The notes under the pieces were generated by a model, which worked only from the letters and a program-made list of their open reading frames with translations, made no database searches and was not told the DNA's origin. A stretch of DNA of 64,000 nucleotides, taken from positions 23,892,534 through 23,956,533 of the forward strand of contig CM120644.1 of assembly GCA_051362555.1 (NCBI GenBank). Reading direction: 5' to 3'. This document shows positions 37,382 to 49,445 of the stretch, in pieces (position 1 is the stretch's first letter; the number at the start of each line of letters is the position of its first letter). Made by a program: the position numbers and the translations under genes. Origin of the DNA: Lingula anatina. Lineage: Eukaryota; Animalia; Brachiopoda.

Positions 37382-37995
37382 GAGATGTAAGAATTGTACA
37401 TTGGTAACATCTGTAAAACTTTTCTGTAAACAACTTTTTTTTTACCTTAGATCCACTGAAACACTGAAACACATGTATGTCTTACAAGATGCCCTTCTCA
37501 GGGAGCGAGACTAAATCAGCCCCAACCCACCACAGTTAACCCACATATTTTTCCATGAAATTTAGATATTCAGGGTAGTTACTGAAATATGTCTGCCTTC
37601 ATTGTCTGCACATGATGACTTCACAAAATTGTGTTCTATTGTTGGTCCATTACCACATACACACACTAACACACACACACACACACACACTCACACACAG
37701 GTGCGCGTTTCTTTTTGGCATTTTGCCGCAGTAAGGTCGTATACACTGTGTGACTACTAAGTCATACTATATCAGGCATTAAGATTAATATTAATATACC
37801 CCCTGTGTGCACGCCTATAACTTATGTTCAGCAGACTAGGCTTTGAGTGCGTCATGGCTCTTTTAAAAGTTGTTTTATAGCCCAATGGACAACATTAATG
37901 TCAGATACAATTGTTCTCTATCTATATCCCCACTGGGCGAGGCAGTGTTACACTCATCCAATGAAGTAGATACAAATTCTAACTATGGGTTTTTC

Positions 37996-38130
37996 TACCC
38001 TCTACCAGGGCGACTGATAGATTTTTACGGATATTCACAGTCTGACTTAGAGTTAAAATGGCAATCTATCTAGCTAGAGACATATCTGTGAATATCCGTA
38101 AAAATCTATCAGTCGCCCTGGTAGAGGGTA
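37996..38130. mobile_element. 135-bp hairpin MITE with ~45-bp perfect TIRs, probable 9-bp TSD (Mutator-like)
   Basis: TACCCTCTACCAGGGCGACTGATAGATTTTTACGGATATTCACAG and its exact inverse. Flanks are gggtttttc and gagtttttc (one mismatch). Confidence 0.8.
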
Positions 38131-41100
38131 GAGTTTTTCTATGTATAGGGTCATTCACGTGACTATTCTTTGTCAAACTAAATAACTTTAGACTGTAGCA
38201 TAAAATGTTCCTTCCAGAGGCCCGTTTACTCCACGTGTATCCTTGTGTTATATAATTTAGTTTGTACCATGCGGTTGCAGTCGTTGTTTCTTTGGTGACA
38301 TGATGTACATGGGTCGTCAAGCGCTTTAGTGGTTATTGTGGTGATCAGTTTATATATAAGTGACAATATGGGCATCTCATTACTTTACAGAAGATAATTG
38401 AGTTCATTCCCCTTATTCATATTTTGTAAAGATATGAAGCAATGTTTAGCTAATGGTATATACATGTAGAGTCATGTTAGATCTGAAATATGATGGTTGT
38501 AACAGCCTTTGCCTAAAGTAATGACATTTTATTTCATTAATCTGACGTAGATGGACAGCCACATCTGATTTCAGTATGAATATAGATCATGTAAAGTTAT
38601 GTTTTGATATTTTCCGAACCGTATGATCATTGTAGCGTTGATAGCAACATTGTAATAACCAAGGTTTTATAGTCATATTCCATAGTCCGTATTATACCAT
38701 GATAAACCGTACAATCATATTTATATTTTAATTACCTTCTTAGTATTAAGGGGTATTTAAAAAACACAGGAAGAGGGGCTAGCATCCTTTTCTCTCGGTA
38801 GTGACCATTAGTTATAGGAATTAGCCATCTGGAATTAATTAGTAGTTAACTTAACCCCTAGCTCCTAGTGACCAATAGTCACGTGAAAAACAACCTAGAT
38901 AGCCTGTCCAATGATCATCCAGTTGCGTAACTAATTAAGACAATAGACCAATAGCAACAAGCCTTAACTTCAGCCCCCTTTTCAAATAAGAAGGGATATC
39001 AGTTGAGACCGCAGCGACGCAGCAGTACAGAGCGTCATGAAACTTTCTCGAACGTATTAATAACCAGCGAATTTTATTGCTTTCCCTCCCTCCCACCCAA
39101 TGAGAATTACAATTACAAAATAGATGTTATCGTTAGGGGACAATTACAACACAGATGTAATTGTTAGTTTTCTATTACTGAACCTTCTCTGGGAATATCT
39201 TGAATAATCCGGATATTAAGATTGTGATATGTTTTGGTTTTCATTTTAAGTACTCATATACCTTAGGAAATAGTTATGTATGAATAAAGTTTTTATAAGC
39301 CCGAATCTCTGTGTTTTTTAAACGTGATTTATAAAAAAATATATATGGAATATAAAAACAATGTACTGTAAAATATTGTTTCAGTATTTTAGAGATAGTA
39401 TAGATAACGTACTATTTGGTAACCCTTTAAATATCTTATCATACTATTATCTGGGTGTTTAAACTTATAAAACACAGTAACATCTGTGGGCTGTTAAGAT
39501 TGGGTTAATTATTATTGGTAATTTCATTGAATGGTCTTATTCTTAGAACCATCGGTGAAATACAAAATGTTTTTTAAGGGGGTTGCGTTAGGAAAATTCG
39601 ATATAAGTGTTATTGTGGACTATACCGTTATGATTTGTTCATTTTATAAATTATGTGTACCGTATAATGGCTAACGGTATAAAACTGTTTCACCCTGCGT
39701 TTTATAATTATCATATGTGATCCAATTACGAATCAAATGAACATGTTTAATCACGTATCTTACAACAGGTTTATATTATTGGTATTCAGTACCGTAATTG
39801 TGTTTAAAATATAGTACATATATAAAAATGAATACCTTGTAAATAAAAACGGTGTAGCTGAAATTTAGTATTTTATGTAATTGCTGTAGACGTTTTTCCT
39901 GTATTTCAGGTAATATACGAAATAGTAATTCCTTATATCTTTATGATATATAGTGCATTATAATGGTTATTATTTTAGGATAATGAAATATTTGTTACGT
40001 TATTTGTTTGAAGTATTAAAATGTCATTTTAATTGAGGTGTCTACGTAAACTTTTGAATTGCTGCGAGTTTTGTGTTTATAAGTCATAACGTAATATTTG
40101 AAGCGCTTGACGTCAATTGGCCGGACATATATTTGATTAGATTTAAATCGGTGTTTTAGAGTGACGAAAAAGATCACCAAATAACTTTACTTCGGTACAA
40201 ATTTTTAGAGTGAAGAAAAAGATCACCAAATAACTTTACTTCGGTACAAATTTAATGAAAAAAGATTATTCTAACCACCTTTGAAAATTTTAATTCCACA
40301 CATCTTTTGTCACATAAAAGATCGATATTGCAAATATAAATGGTTCTCAGCTGTGTTATAAGAGATGTTTTAAAATAGTTTGTAAGTGCAATGCGACTTC
40401 GAATAAAGGGTCCCATTATTATGTTTATGTAGTCTACAGACATAGACACCATGCACCATTTGTAGAAGCATTTTTTTTATTCCAAGACATCGTGAACACA
40501 TATTATGAGAAACTTAATGAACCAAAGAGTTATTATAAGTTAAAGCTGTTTTACTAATTGTGTTTCCTTTCAACCAACTATGTAAAGAATGATACCAGAT
40601 ACACCTTGTCGACACTAAAATTATTGCAATCATGTACTGAAGAAAAATTAACGATTTTTTCTAGAAAGCAAATGTCATTAATTTTAGCCAAGACAGTTTT
40701 TAAGTCGTCGGTCAACGTTTGTACACGCCTCTGTGAACCATTGTCAAGTCTTCATTTTGTTCCAGAAATAAAATACAATGTTTAGTAGAGCGCCGTTTTC
40801 TATTTTGACTTTATCTGTCCAAATATTCGACTTCAGCTTATATTGAACGTTTTCTGCTGTCCACCGGATGCCGATAATGTAACTGAATGAGTTCTGTTTG
40901 TAAATTGTGTTTCATCTTTCCTAGAAATAATGAAGCCAGAAATAATAACAAGCAAGCTAAAGGTGACACGTGTACAGGTAGTTCGAATCTTAGCTCAGTT
41001 GGTAAAACATTACTTTAAGGTCGAGTGTAACAGATAACTAAACTGTTGTCAATTCCTGTATTTCACGCCTATGATTAAAAGTAAAAATAACATATCTTCC

Positions 41101-41344
41101 TATTTCTTGACTTGGGTAAAATGTTTGGTAAAATATTTGCGCTATACACAATTGTCACCCAAGATCATAATAAACTCCATAGACTAACGGAGTTCAACTT
41201 GGATGATTCGGGACCCAAGACGTCGAAGTTATTGAAATATTAAAAGGAAATCGTCCTGTTTCAAATTTGATCTGTATTTAAGGATAATGAGTAATTCTTC
41301 ATAACGGAACCTGATGGAATGCTAACGAACCTTGCTTAAGTAGT

Positions 41345-41387
<43 letters not shown>

Positions 41388-41452
41388 TATATAATGCATA
41401 TAGTTAAATTGTTGGTGGCATCCAAAATGCCACTGTGTTACTTACATAGCTT

Positions 41453-42614
41453 CTAATATCGCAGACAGGTCTGCAGATCCTCCTTGAACACAGTCTTGGT
41501 GGGGCAGGGTCTGAGTGTGGCTACCCCCTGGCTGTCACACTGCCAGTAACATGTCTTGTCACCATCGAAAGCAAAGTACAGCTTTTTACTCGGTCCGTAG
41601 GTGACGGTTTCAATTCTGTAGCTGAAAGGTTTAGAATGCCAAGTGATGATAATATGTAACAAAGGTGCAATTGTAGTGCACTTGTGGCAAACTTTACATA
41701 TAATGGTTCTGTTTGCTGAATTGCAGTGTATCAAGAACCACATCAATATTCGTTTTCCTCCAAACATTCACTTTTATCTATTGTTATATTTACTTATATT
41801 CCTAGGCGGAGCGATCTCAGGTTACATAAATCTTTTGCACCGTGAAGCAAATATTTTCGTCTTGTGAACGTCCCACTGATCCAAAGCCGAGGTTTTCTTT
41901 TACATGGTATTTTCAGTGCTGTCCCAACACCATAATTCGGCTATAAATTCGGTGCGTGCAATATGACCTCTGCTTTTTAGAGCGCATTAAGAACAGATGA
42001 TCTTCGGACTAACTGATTCGCTAGCTTAATATGGCCAACCCCAATTAAAAGCGATGTCGCTAAATTTCTGATGGACTCCCTGCATGATATGGGCTTTTTT
42101 CACTTAAGAAACTCAAATTTTAACATGCTGAATATGTATGATACTGAAGCTTTGTTTTGATTAAAAAATAAATAAGAAAAAAAAAAAAGAAAAAAATAGT
42201 TCGTTCACGAACTGACAAAATTATAGATAATATCTTATAAACCAACCTGATTTTTTGTCCATAACCATCGGGACTTTTTATAGGAACCTTTTGGGTATAA
42301 GAACCGCCAGGCAAATATTCGTCAGGACAAACAACTGGAATGAAATAAAATACAAATGCTTTGACTTCCGTAATACAATGGCAAGGAAATCACACAATAT
42401 TTTTCTATACAGAATGAAATTAAACTATCGTATTTTTAACAGTGCTTGCTTTTCCTAGCAGATAAAGTTATTGGTATTATTGTCGGAAGATCGGAAATTA
42501 CTAGGTCATGATTTTGTGTGGGATAATCAATATATTAAGTGTATATTTTCTGCCAGTTGTCAAGCATGCGTCAATGGTTATTAAATAATAATGAACTCTA
42601 AAATAGCACAGGCA

Positions 42615-42663
<49 letters not shown>

Positions 42664-43035
42664 AAGGATGGAAAGAGATAACGTACATGGTTTATTTATA
42701 TGATGTGGACCACAATGTTTGTGATTTAGCGCACCTGTGCATTGCCTGAAAACAAAGAAATACGCCCACTTGTATATGTATATTTCCTTCAAGTTTAACA
42801 CATGTCTATACGTATATAACCAGAGGGACACTGGAAGAGGCAGACCTAAGACCACATGGAGAAGGACTGTCGTAGCAGGATCGAGACAACTGAAAGAAAG
42901 CTGGGGAACCATCAAAAATCTAGGTCATCATAGAGCAATGGAAGATTTGTCCGCATCCTTGATTTTATATACCAGCTCCCCACGGGCCGCCACCATGGGT
43001 GGAGTACTTTTTCATGGTGTATTGACTTAATTCTC

Positions 43036-43115
<80 letters not shown>

Positions 43116-44046
43116 TTGTTTTTTGTTGCTCAGCCTGGGATAAAAAGAAGTAAAAATAATGCTGCTGCATCTTCATATGATCTTCCAGTATAGAGGGTGT
43201 ATATAAGACCCACTGGTCTTATAGTGACTACCACACATCCAAATGAACAATTATATACCAACTCAGGCCAAGAATGGGTTCCCGTCCCTAGAATGATCTA
43301 ACAGGATAGGTCCATCTCCACGGGGTCTCTCGCTTAATGGCTTTCAGCTCTAGTGGCTAAGACGTCTGGGACGCCTACTAAAAATCGATAAACGATAGCT
43401 AATTACCCCTTATCAACTTCATTAGGCGTGACAGACATAATTAAGGGAGAATCCAATTGGAAATAGTTCGATCCAAAGTAAGTACGGTCTGGGAATGGTC
43501 TGTAAGCCGATAGCCCTTTAACGAACTTTCCAACTCATGTGTGCCTCTTCAGAAACCAGTAATTACACGCTGTAGTACAAGTCTGTGGCAGAACCATATA
43601 GGCCTACGTGTGTATAGCATTTGATATCCGCAGGAGAACATGTAGATTCTGTAAATCACATTCCTTTTAAGATAACTAAAATTATCATTACATGCAAATT
43701 AAGCTGAACATCACAAACATCCATTCAGAAATAACTGACATAGGGCCTATATAATAAAATGCTCTCATTTACAAACCCAACAGCTAAAAACAAGTATTTT
43801 TCTCACTGAAATGAATACTATACTTAATTTGTCGATAATTACAGGTTGTAGTAATCGAAAAGAAAAGCCTTTGCATTTAGAGCAGCGTTTCATTAATAAA
43901 GTAATGTTGAAATCACGGGTACTGTCTCGTAAGCATTAAGACCCCTTAGTACACGCCATCAAAACACACGCCAATAAGCTACGACTTAGGGAAACTTACA
44001 GGTAAGCTGTCAGGGCCACAACGCAGAGAAACAGAGGAATCTTCAT
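41453..44046 (-). CDS. Secreted ChtBD2-like protein, paralogue C, 120 aa; exons 44000-44046, 42687-42745, 42247-42334, 41453-41621
   Basis: GT-AG exons, phases 2/1/2, 363 nt: MKIPLFLCVVALTAY-LQCTGALNHKHCGPHHINKP-FVCPDEYLPGGSYTQKVPIKSPDGYGQKI-SYRIETVTYGPSKKLYFAFDGDKTCYWQCDSQGVATLRPCPTKTVFKEDLQTCLRY*. Confidence 0.88.
42820..42965 (+). mobile_element. 5'-truncated RTE-type LINE 3'-end fragment in intron 1 of paralogue C
   Basis: Translates as ...GRGRPKTTWRRTV......LKESWGTIKNL..HR..W-like, the typical C-terminus of RTE-clade ORF2. Absent at this position in copies B and D. Confidence 0.6.
43039..43113. repeat. (TA)n microsatellite
   Basis: Direct reading, ~37 units. Confidence 0.95.
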
Positions 44047-44139
44047 CTCTAGAGTTTCCGGCAATCTTCGTTGATCTCTTTCCCAGTGAACAGCTCTTGC
44101 TAATCCCGATAAGTATACATCAGGAGGGTGTCTGTTTCT

Positions 44140-44194
44140 CTTTTATAGGGGATCTTTTGGACCGTTTCTCTGTAAAACACTCCCTTGGACGTCA
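44140..44194 (-). promoter_or_regulatory. TATA-box core promoter of paralogue C
   Basis: TATAAAAG (reverse complement of 44140-44147) ~95 nt upstream of the ATG at 44046, with TGACGTCC upstream as in B and D. Confidence 0.7.
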
Positions 44195-44848
44195 ATTTAA
44201 AGTCTCGGCTCATGTCTGTCCTAAGATAAATTACAATTTAAATATCCACATCGATGTTGCGTAAGGCACAGTCTGGTCTGTTTTATGGCACGGAATATAA
44301 AGAAGCGTTAAATGCCGGAAGCTAGATAAAGAAGAAGCAGAAAAACACTTAAAAAACGATTACATAGTTCGCATTGCCTTTTGTTTTGCCCTTCATGGGC
44401 GAACTCCATTTCCTGTGACCGTAGATAAAAATGTCCCTCTGTGACTTCTTTTACATTACAGTCGATAAGGCATTGAGGTACCATTCCCAAACCCGATCGT
44501 ACTAACTGTGGATCGATCTGTCTCCGAGGGGATTCTCGCTTAATTGCAACTTAAGCGGTTTAGATGTCTGTCACGCCTGCTGAAGCTGCTATGTGGTAAT
44601 TAACTATGGTTAAGCAGCTACAGTAGGCCTGCCAGACATCTAAGCCGTTTAAGCTGAAAACAGTTTAGCGACAAACCTCTAGGAGATGGGTGGATCAGGC
44701 TCGGTCGATCTAGGTACCCTGTATGGGAACCCTGTCTCAGTCTCACATCGGTATCTTCGAGCTCATTTTTAATTGAAACTATCAGCTTTCGTAGATTGAT
44801 CCAAATTCGCTGGGAATTTTGCTAAATGCAACCAGTTTAATAGATTAA

Positions 44849-44958
44849 AGGGATAACAAATCTTCGTTTCGGCCAAAAAATGAATTTTCCTGGAGTAAAC
44901 AACAATTTCCCTATACTTACCAATGGTTAATGAATCCATTTTTACATTCAAAGTTAGT

Positions 44959-45002
<44 letters not shown>

Positions 45003-45211
45003 GTTTGGTTTTTTGTTTAAATCTCTTAAGAGATTTTAACTGAGTATTGCCATCAGTGGAGGTCATGTGGTCTAAAGACAAGCTCAGATATCAGAATGAT
45101 AGCTATAAATGCCGCTTTTGTGGTAAAACATATATATATATTATATTATATTATTATGAGTTATTGTTTTTATTGTGAACCAGAGATCTCACACGAAGAG
45201 TTATTATCCCT
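44849..45211. mobile_element. Kolobok-like MITE with TTAA TSD
   Basis: TTAA-AGGGATAACAAATCTTCG ... CGAAGAGTTATTATCCCT-TTAA. The empty site gattaacatg is at 59344-59353 in unit D. Confidence 0.88.
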
Positions 45212-47810
45212 TTAACATGTTTTTTTTTTCGTGCCGTTCGGTATAATTAGAATCGTAAAAATAGGTGATGAAATGGTATGTTGAAAACTATGCTGTCTTT
45301 GTCTTTACATACAGATATTACTTAAGACCGGAACATTTTATTGTCCTGAATATTATCAACGGCCATAAAATACAAAATCGGTAATTAGACATACAATTAA
45401 AAAGCCATTGCATGTTGCATAATGTTGTTAGAGCCTTGTGTGTCTTCCGCCGGCCCACTCTGTGTCCTGTGGCAGAAAAGATAAAATTCCTGTGACTGGA
45501 GCCGTTCCAGACTTGTGTCACTTTACAATCGATCGTTCCGACATTAAGTTACCTTCCTGTAAACATACTAATGTCTCCATTGTTACATGCGCGTGTTACT
45601 TAGGACACATTCGGAACAAGTTGATCCGACCCACATGTAAGTAATGCCGCATAATCCCCTAATGGCCGCCCCGACTACCACACATGCCGTCACTGTATAA
45701 GCACAGCGATTTTTTTTTTTTTTTAATTTTAATTTAAAAATCTCAACCTCACTTCGTTCATGGCGTAGGGAACAAACCAAGCATCAGAACGAATTTTACC
45801 CTCGTATGTAGCTCTTGCGTTGTGTATATGGTGCAGCTTTTTTTTTTTCTTCTCTTCTTTTATGTATTAAAAAATTGAATAATGAACGGTAATTGGACAA
45901 AAAAAAAAAAAAAAAAAAAAAAAAACAGGGTACCCCACCTGATATGCAAATACTGAAAGATATGCCAGTATGATCGGGGTTAACAGTCTCACCACTGATG
46001 ATTTCAATAGGATCTTAACAGTTTTATTCCTACTGTAGTCTATAAACATGTCTCGGTGTCCTAGACTAGGCGACCCTTTCTGACCTATTTTAAGTACACA
46101 ATCTTGAAATATTCATTAACGATAATGGGCGCCATGACCACTTTTGATATTAATAACTTAAGACACGAGCCAACTGAACGGTTCATCCTATTCATATTCT
46201 TACTTTAAAAAGATTGTAACGGGAGTCTCTTTGATTTACGTACCGGTACTTATACGTCTATCCTTCTTTTTTATTGATATCAAGGTGTGCTAAAAGAAAA
46301 ATGTTGAGCACACGGAATAGACACATGGTTGCTTACAATTGGGGTAATTATTTCGACAAGTCATAAAGTGTCATATAAATAACTTGATAACTTGGATAAA
46401 GCCTCCGCGGCATCAATGATACATGTTGAACTACTGCAGCTTTCTACTCTGTGGGTGTACCGTGGAACGGATACGAATCGCAACGGTTTAAGAACATTTC
46501 AGGGTACCTTTAATCCCACACACCCAGGAGGAATTATATTACACTGTTTTCAAACAGTTACACTGGCTCTATGATACTTAATTTATTTTATTAATTTTTT
46601 ATGTAGGCATTTTTAATCAATCAACACCTCGTACCTACTGGAGTTAGTCAAACTTTACCTCATCATACCTAATTCAAGATCACTCCAACAGTAATTGACG
46701 CCATATAATGCTACCCTGAGTGTCAGAGCTAGATTGTTAACTATTGAAACGTTTTGACGCGATAGCTTCACAGACGCTCTGACGAACAGCGGCCATGTAA
46801 CATTTCCGTCAATCAAATAAAACTGCTCCGCAGTGAATCTGTAGTTGAATGTCATCAGACCAAAATGAAACGTAAAACAGATTTAATTCTGCTTTATTTA
46901 ATTTTATTTACTGTATTTAAGATATGTAAAATAAAAAAAATAAATAATATTCTTCCAAGAGAAAAGATATATCCAATGTTTTTGAATTTTTTGCTTATCA
47001 AAAAACATTTGCCCCTGGAGGTATGAACGCGTCCTTGTCGTGTGCTAAGTTTGACAGCTACACTGTTTGCCCGATACCAATATAAGGGCTGCACAATGGC
47101 TACTCCAAAATCAGTTTTTAAAGCAGAATGTTGCTTGTATTGTGGCACTGACCATCTAACTCCGCGTCAGCCAATTTGCTTCTTGTCTCGTCTGCACGAG
47201 ATAACGTCAAGGCAAGGCGGGAAAGGTAGCTCCATGCGGCCAAACCTGTGGCGTACGAGACTTGTGACTTCCAAAAATTAAAGCGCCCCAGGCAAAATTT
47301 TGAAGAAGAACGCCTACGGATTGTCGTTATTCGCTAGAGGTTGGTATTGCTGATATGGGTTTTATATGAAATCAAGATCGAGCTGGCAATACCGGAATCT
47401 AAAACCTAGGGCATATAATGCCAAATTCAAAACCTTAGTGGGAACTAAATCTACAAATTCATCGACAGATGTACGGAACATTCCTCCCATTTACTTATAA
47501 ACAGCAGAGAATGAGGAAAAAATAACTAAAATGTTTTATCTTTTATTAAATCGTTTATGTTTACTAAGAAAAATATCACTGTAATTCAGTTTCATTTGCA
47601 GCCATGGATTTGCTAAAATTATTTGTTTTAAACCATCGGAGCTATTTATTCTGATTTCTGCCAACTTCCATACAAAAAATAATATTTAAATAAAACATAA
47701 AATGTCAATGTTTTGACATCAGTCATTATTGTTTTGTGTCAGGCATACAATAATTAATATTATACTTTAATATTATACCCATCTAAGACTTTGACTTATG
47801 TTATCAGACA

Positions 47811-49445
47811 TCAAACGCCTGTGTCTGCAAACACATTTCTAAACATTGCTACTGGATAGATCTCTGGTCTCACTTCTGGAGCATTGTAATCATTTAACTC
47901 CATTTTGACTTCGGCTTCTGTATAAGATTCCACCTGTCCTTTTGTCCCATGTTGCATATAATCATCTTGGAATTCCTTTTTTATAGACTGTGGTGAAAGT
48001 ATTGTCCTATTCAGTTCATTCCTTCCTTGAAGTTCCTTTCTTACAGGCGGAGATGAAATTCCAGTGTGAACCATTTCATGTCGTTTGCAAACCTTTTTGC
48101 AACTAAAACTCTTTTTGCAATGCTGGCATTTGAATAGTTTTTCTCCAGTATGGGTAATTTCATGTTCTATACAACTCCGTTTACTGCTATAACATTTTTC
48201 GCAATGCTGACATTTGAATGGTTTTTCTCCAGTGTGGGTCATTTCATGTTCTGCACAGCTTTGTTTAACCCTAAAACACTTTTCACAATACTGACATTTG
48301 AATGGTTTTTCTCCAGTGTGAGTCATTTCATGCTGCCTGCAATTCCATTTTTCAATGAAACCTTTTTCACAATACTGACATTTATATGGTTTTTCTCCTG
48401 TGTGGATCATTTCATGGAGTTTACATTTATCTTTGGCGGTAAAGCTTTTTTCACAATACTGGCATTTGAATGGTTTTTCTCCAGTGTGAATCATTTCATG
48501 TCGTTTGCAAACCTCTTTGCAACTTAAACTCTTTTCACAATGCTGGCATTTGAATAATTTTTTTCCAGTGTGAGTCTTTTCATGTTCTATACAACTCCGT
48601 TTAATGCTATAACATTTTTCGCAATGCTGGCATTTGAATGGTTTTTCTCCAGTGTGGGTCATTTCATGTTCTGCACAGCTTTGTTTAACCCTAAAGCACT
48701 TTTCACAATACTGACATTTGAATGGTTTTTCTCCAGTGTGGGTCATTTCATGCTGCATACAATTCCGTTTTTCGATAAAACCTTTTTCACAATACTGACA
48801 TGTATATGGTTTTTCTCCTGTGTGGATCATTTCATGTTGTTTACATTTATCTCTGACAGTAAAGCTTTTTTCACAATACTGGCATTTGGATGGTTTTTCT
48901 CCAGTGTGAATCATTTCATGTCGTTTGCAAACCTTTTTGCAACTAAAACTCTTTTCACAATGCTGGCATTTGAATGGTTTTTCTCCAGTATGGGTCATTT
49001 CATGTCGTGTACAATTATATTTAATAATAAAACTTTTTTCACAATGCTGGCATTTGAATGGTTTTTCCCCACTGTGGATCATTTCATGTTTTATACATGT
49101 GTTTTTGACACTAAAACTCTTATCACAATACTGGCATTTGAATGGTTTTTCTCCAGTGTGAATCATTTCATGTTTTATACATGTGCTTTTGACACTAAAA
49201 CTCTTATCACAATACTGACATTTGAATTGTTTTTCTCCAGTGTGGGTCATTTCATGTTGTTTACAGTGACTTTTGAAATTAAAACTCTTATCACAATACT
49301 GGCATTTGAATGGCTTATTCGAACTGTGGATCATTTCATGCCGTTTACAATGACATTTGAAAGTAAAGCTCCTTTCACAATACTGGCATTTGAATGTTTT
49401 TTCTCCAATGTCATTTAACCTTGAGTACTTATTTTTGTTATTCAA
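47811..49445 (-). CDS. Tandem C2H2 (Kruppel-type) zinc-finger protein, 16 fingers plus acidic C-terminal tail; true start uncertain because the upstream exon part is degenerate
   Basis: 16 repeats of F/Y-K-C-x2-C-x12-H-x3-H with TGEKP linkers in an open frame. The ORF begins at TTG after an in-frame TGA. A splice acceptor at 49816-49818 and ATG at 49804 lead into stops and frameshifts. Confidence 0.85.
   Translation of the reverse strand: MNNKNKYSRLNDIGEKTFKCQYCERSFTFKCHCKRHEMIHSSNKPFKCQYCDKSFNFKSHCKQHEMTHTGEKQFKCQYCDKSFSVKSTCIKHEMIHTGEKPFKCQYCDKSFSVKNTCIKHEMIHSGEKPFKCQHCEKSFIIKYNCTRHEMTHTGEKPFKCQHCEKSFSCKKVCKRHEMIHTGEKPSKCQYCEKSFTVRDKCKQHEMIHTGEKPYTCQYCEKGFIEKRNCMQHEMTHTGEKPFKCQYCEKCFRVKQSCAEHEMTHTGEKPFKCQHCEKCYSIKRSCIEHEKTHTGKKLFKCQHCEKSLSCKEVCKRHEMIHTGEKPFKCQYCEKSFTAKDKCKLHEMIHTGEKPYKCQYCEKGFIEKWNCRQHEMTHTGEKPFKCQYCEKCFRVKQSCAEHEMTHTGEKPFKCQHCEKCYSSKRSCIEHEITHTGEKLFKCQHCKKSFSCKKVCKRHEMVHTGISSPPVRKELQGRNELNRTILSPQSIKKEFQDDYMQHGTKGQVESYTEAEVKMELNDYNAPEVRPEIYPVAMFRNVFADTGV

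Noticed and set aside
38200-40080. AT-rich unique stretch between the protease locus and unit C
   Set aside because: I could not identify an ORF, TIR/TSD pair or clear periodicity.
48150-49418. Long + strand ORFs (125 aa and 282 aa, Phe-rich repeats)
   Set aside because: They are antisense shadows of the zinc-finger repeat array, with no independent coding evidence.
47811-49445. 84-bp periodic repeats (and 99-bp ankyrin repeats at 35.8-36.3 kb) as a CRISPR-like array
   Set aside because: The periods are codon multiples encoding protein repeats; there are no unique spacers or cas genes, and the context is eukaryotic.
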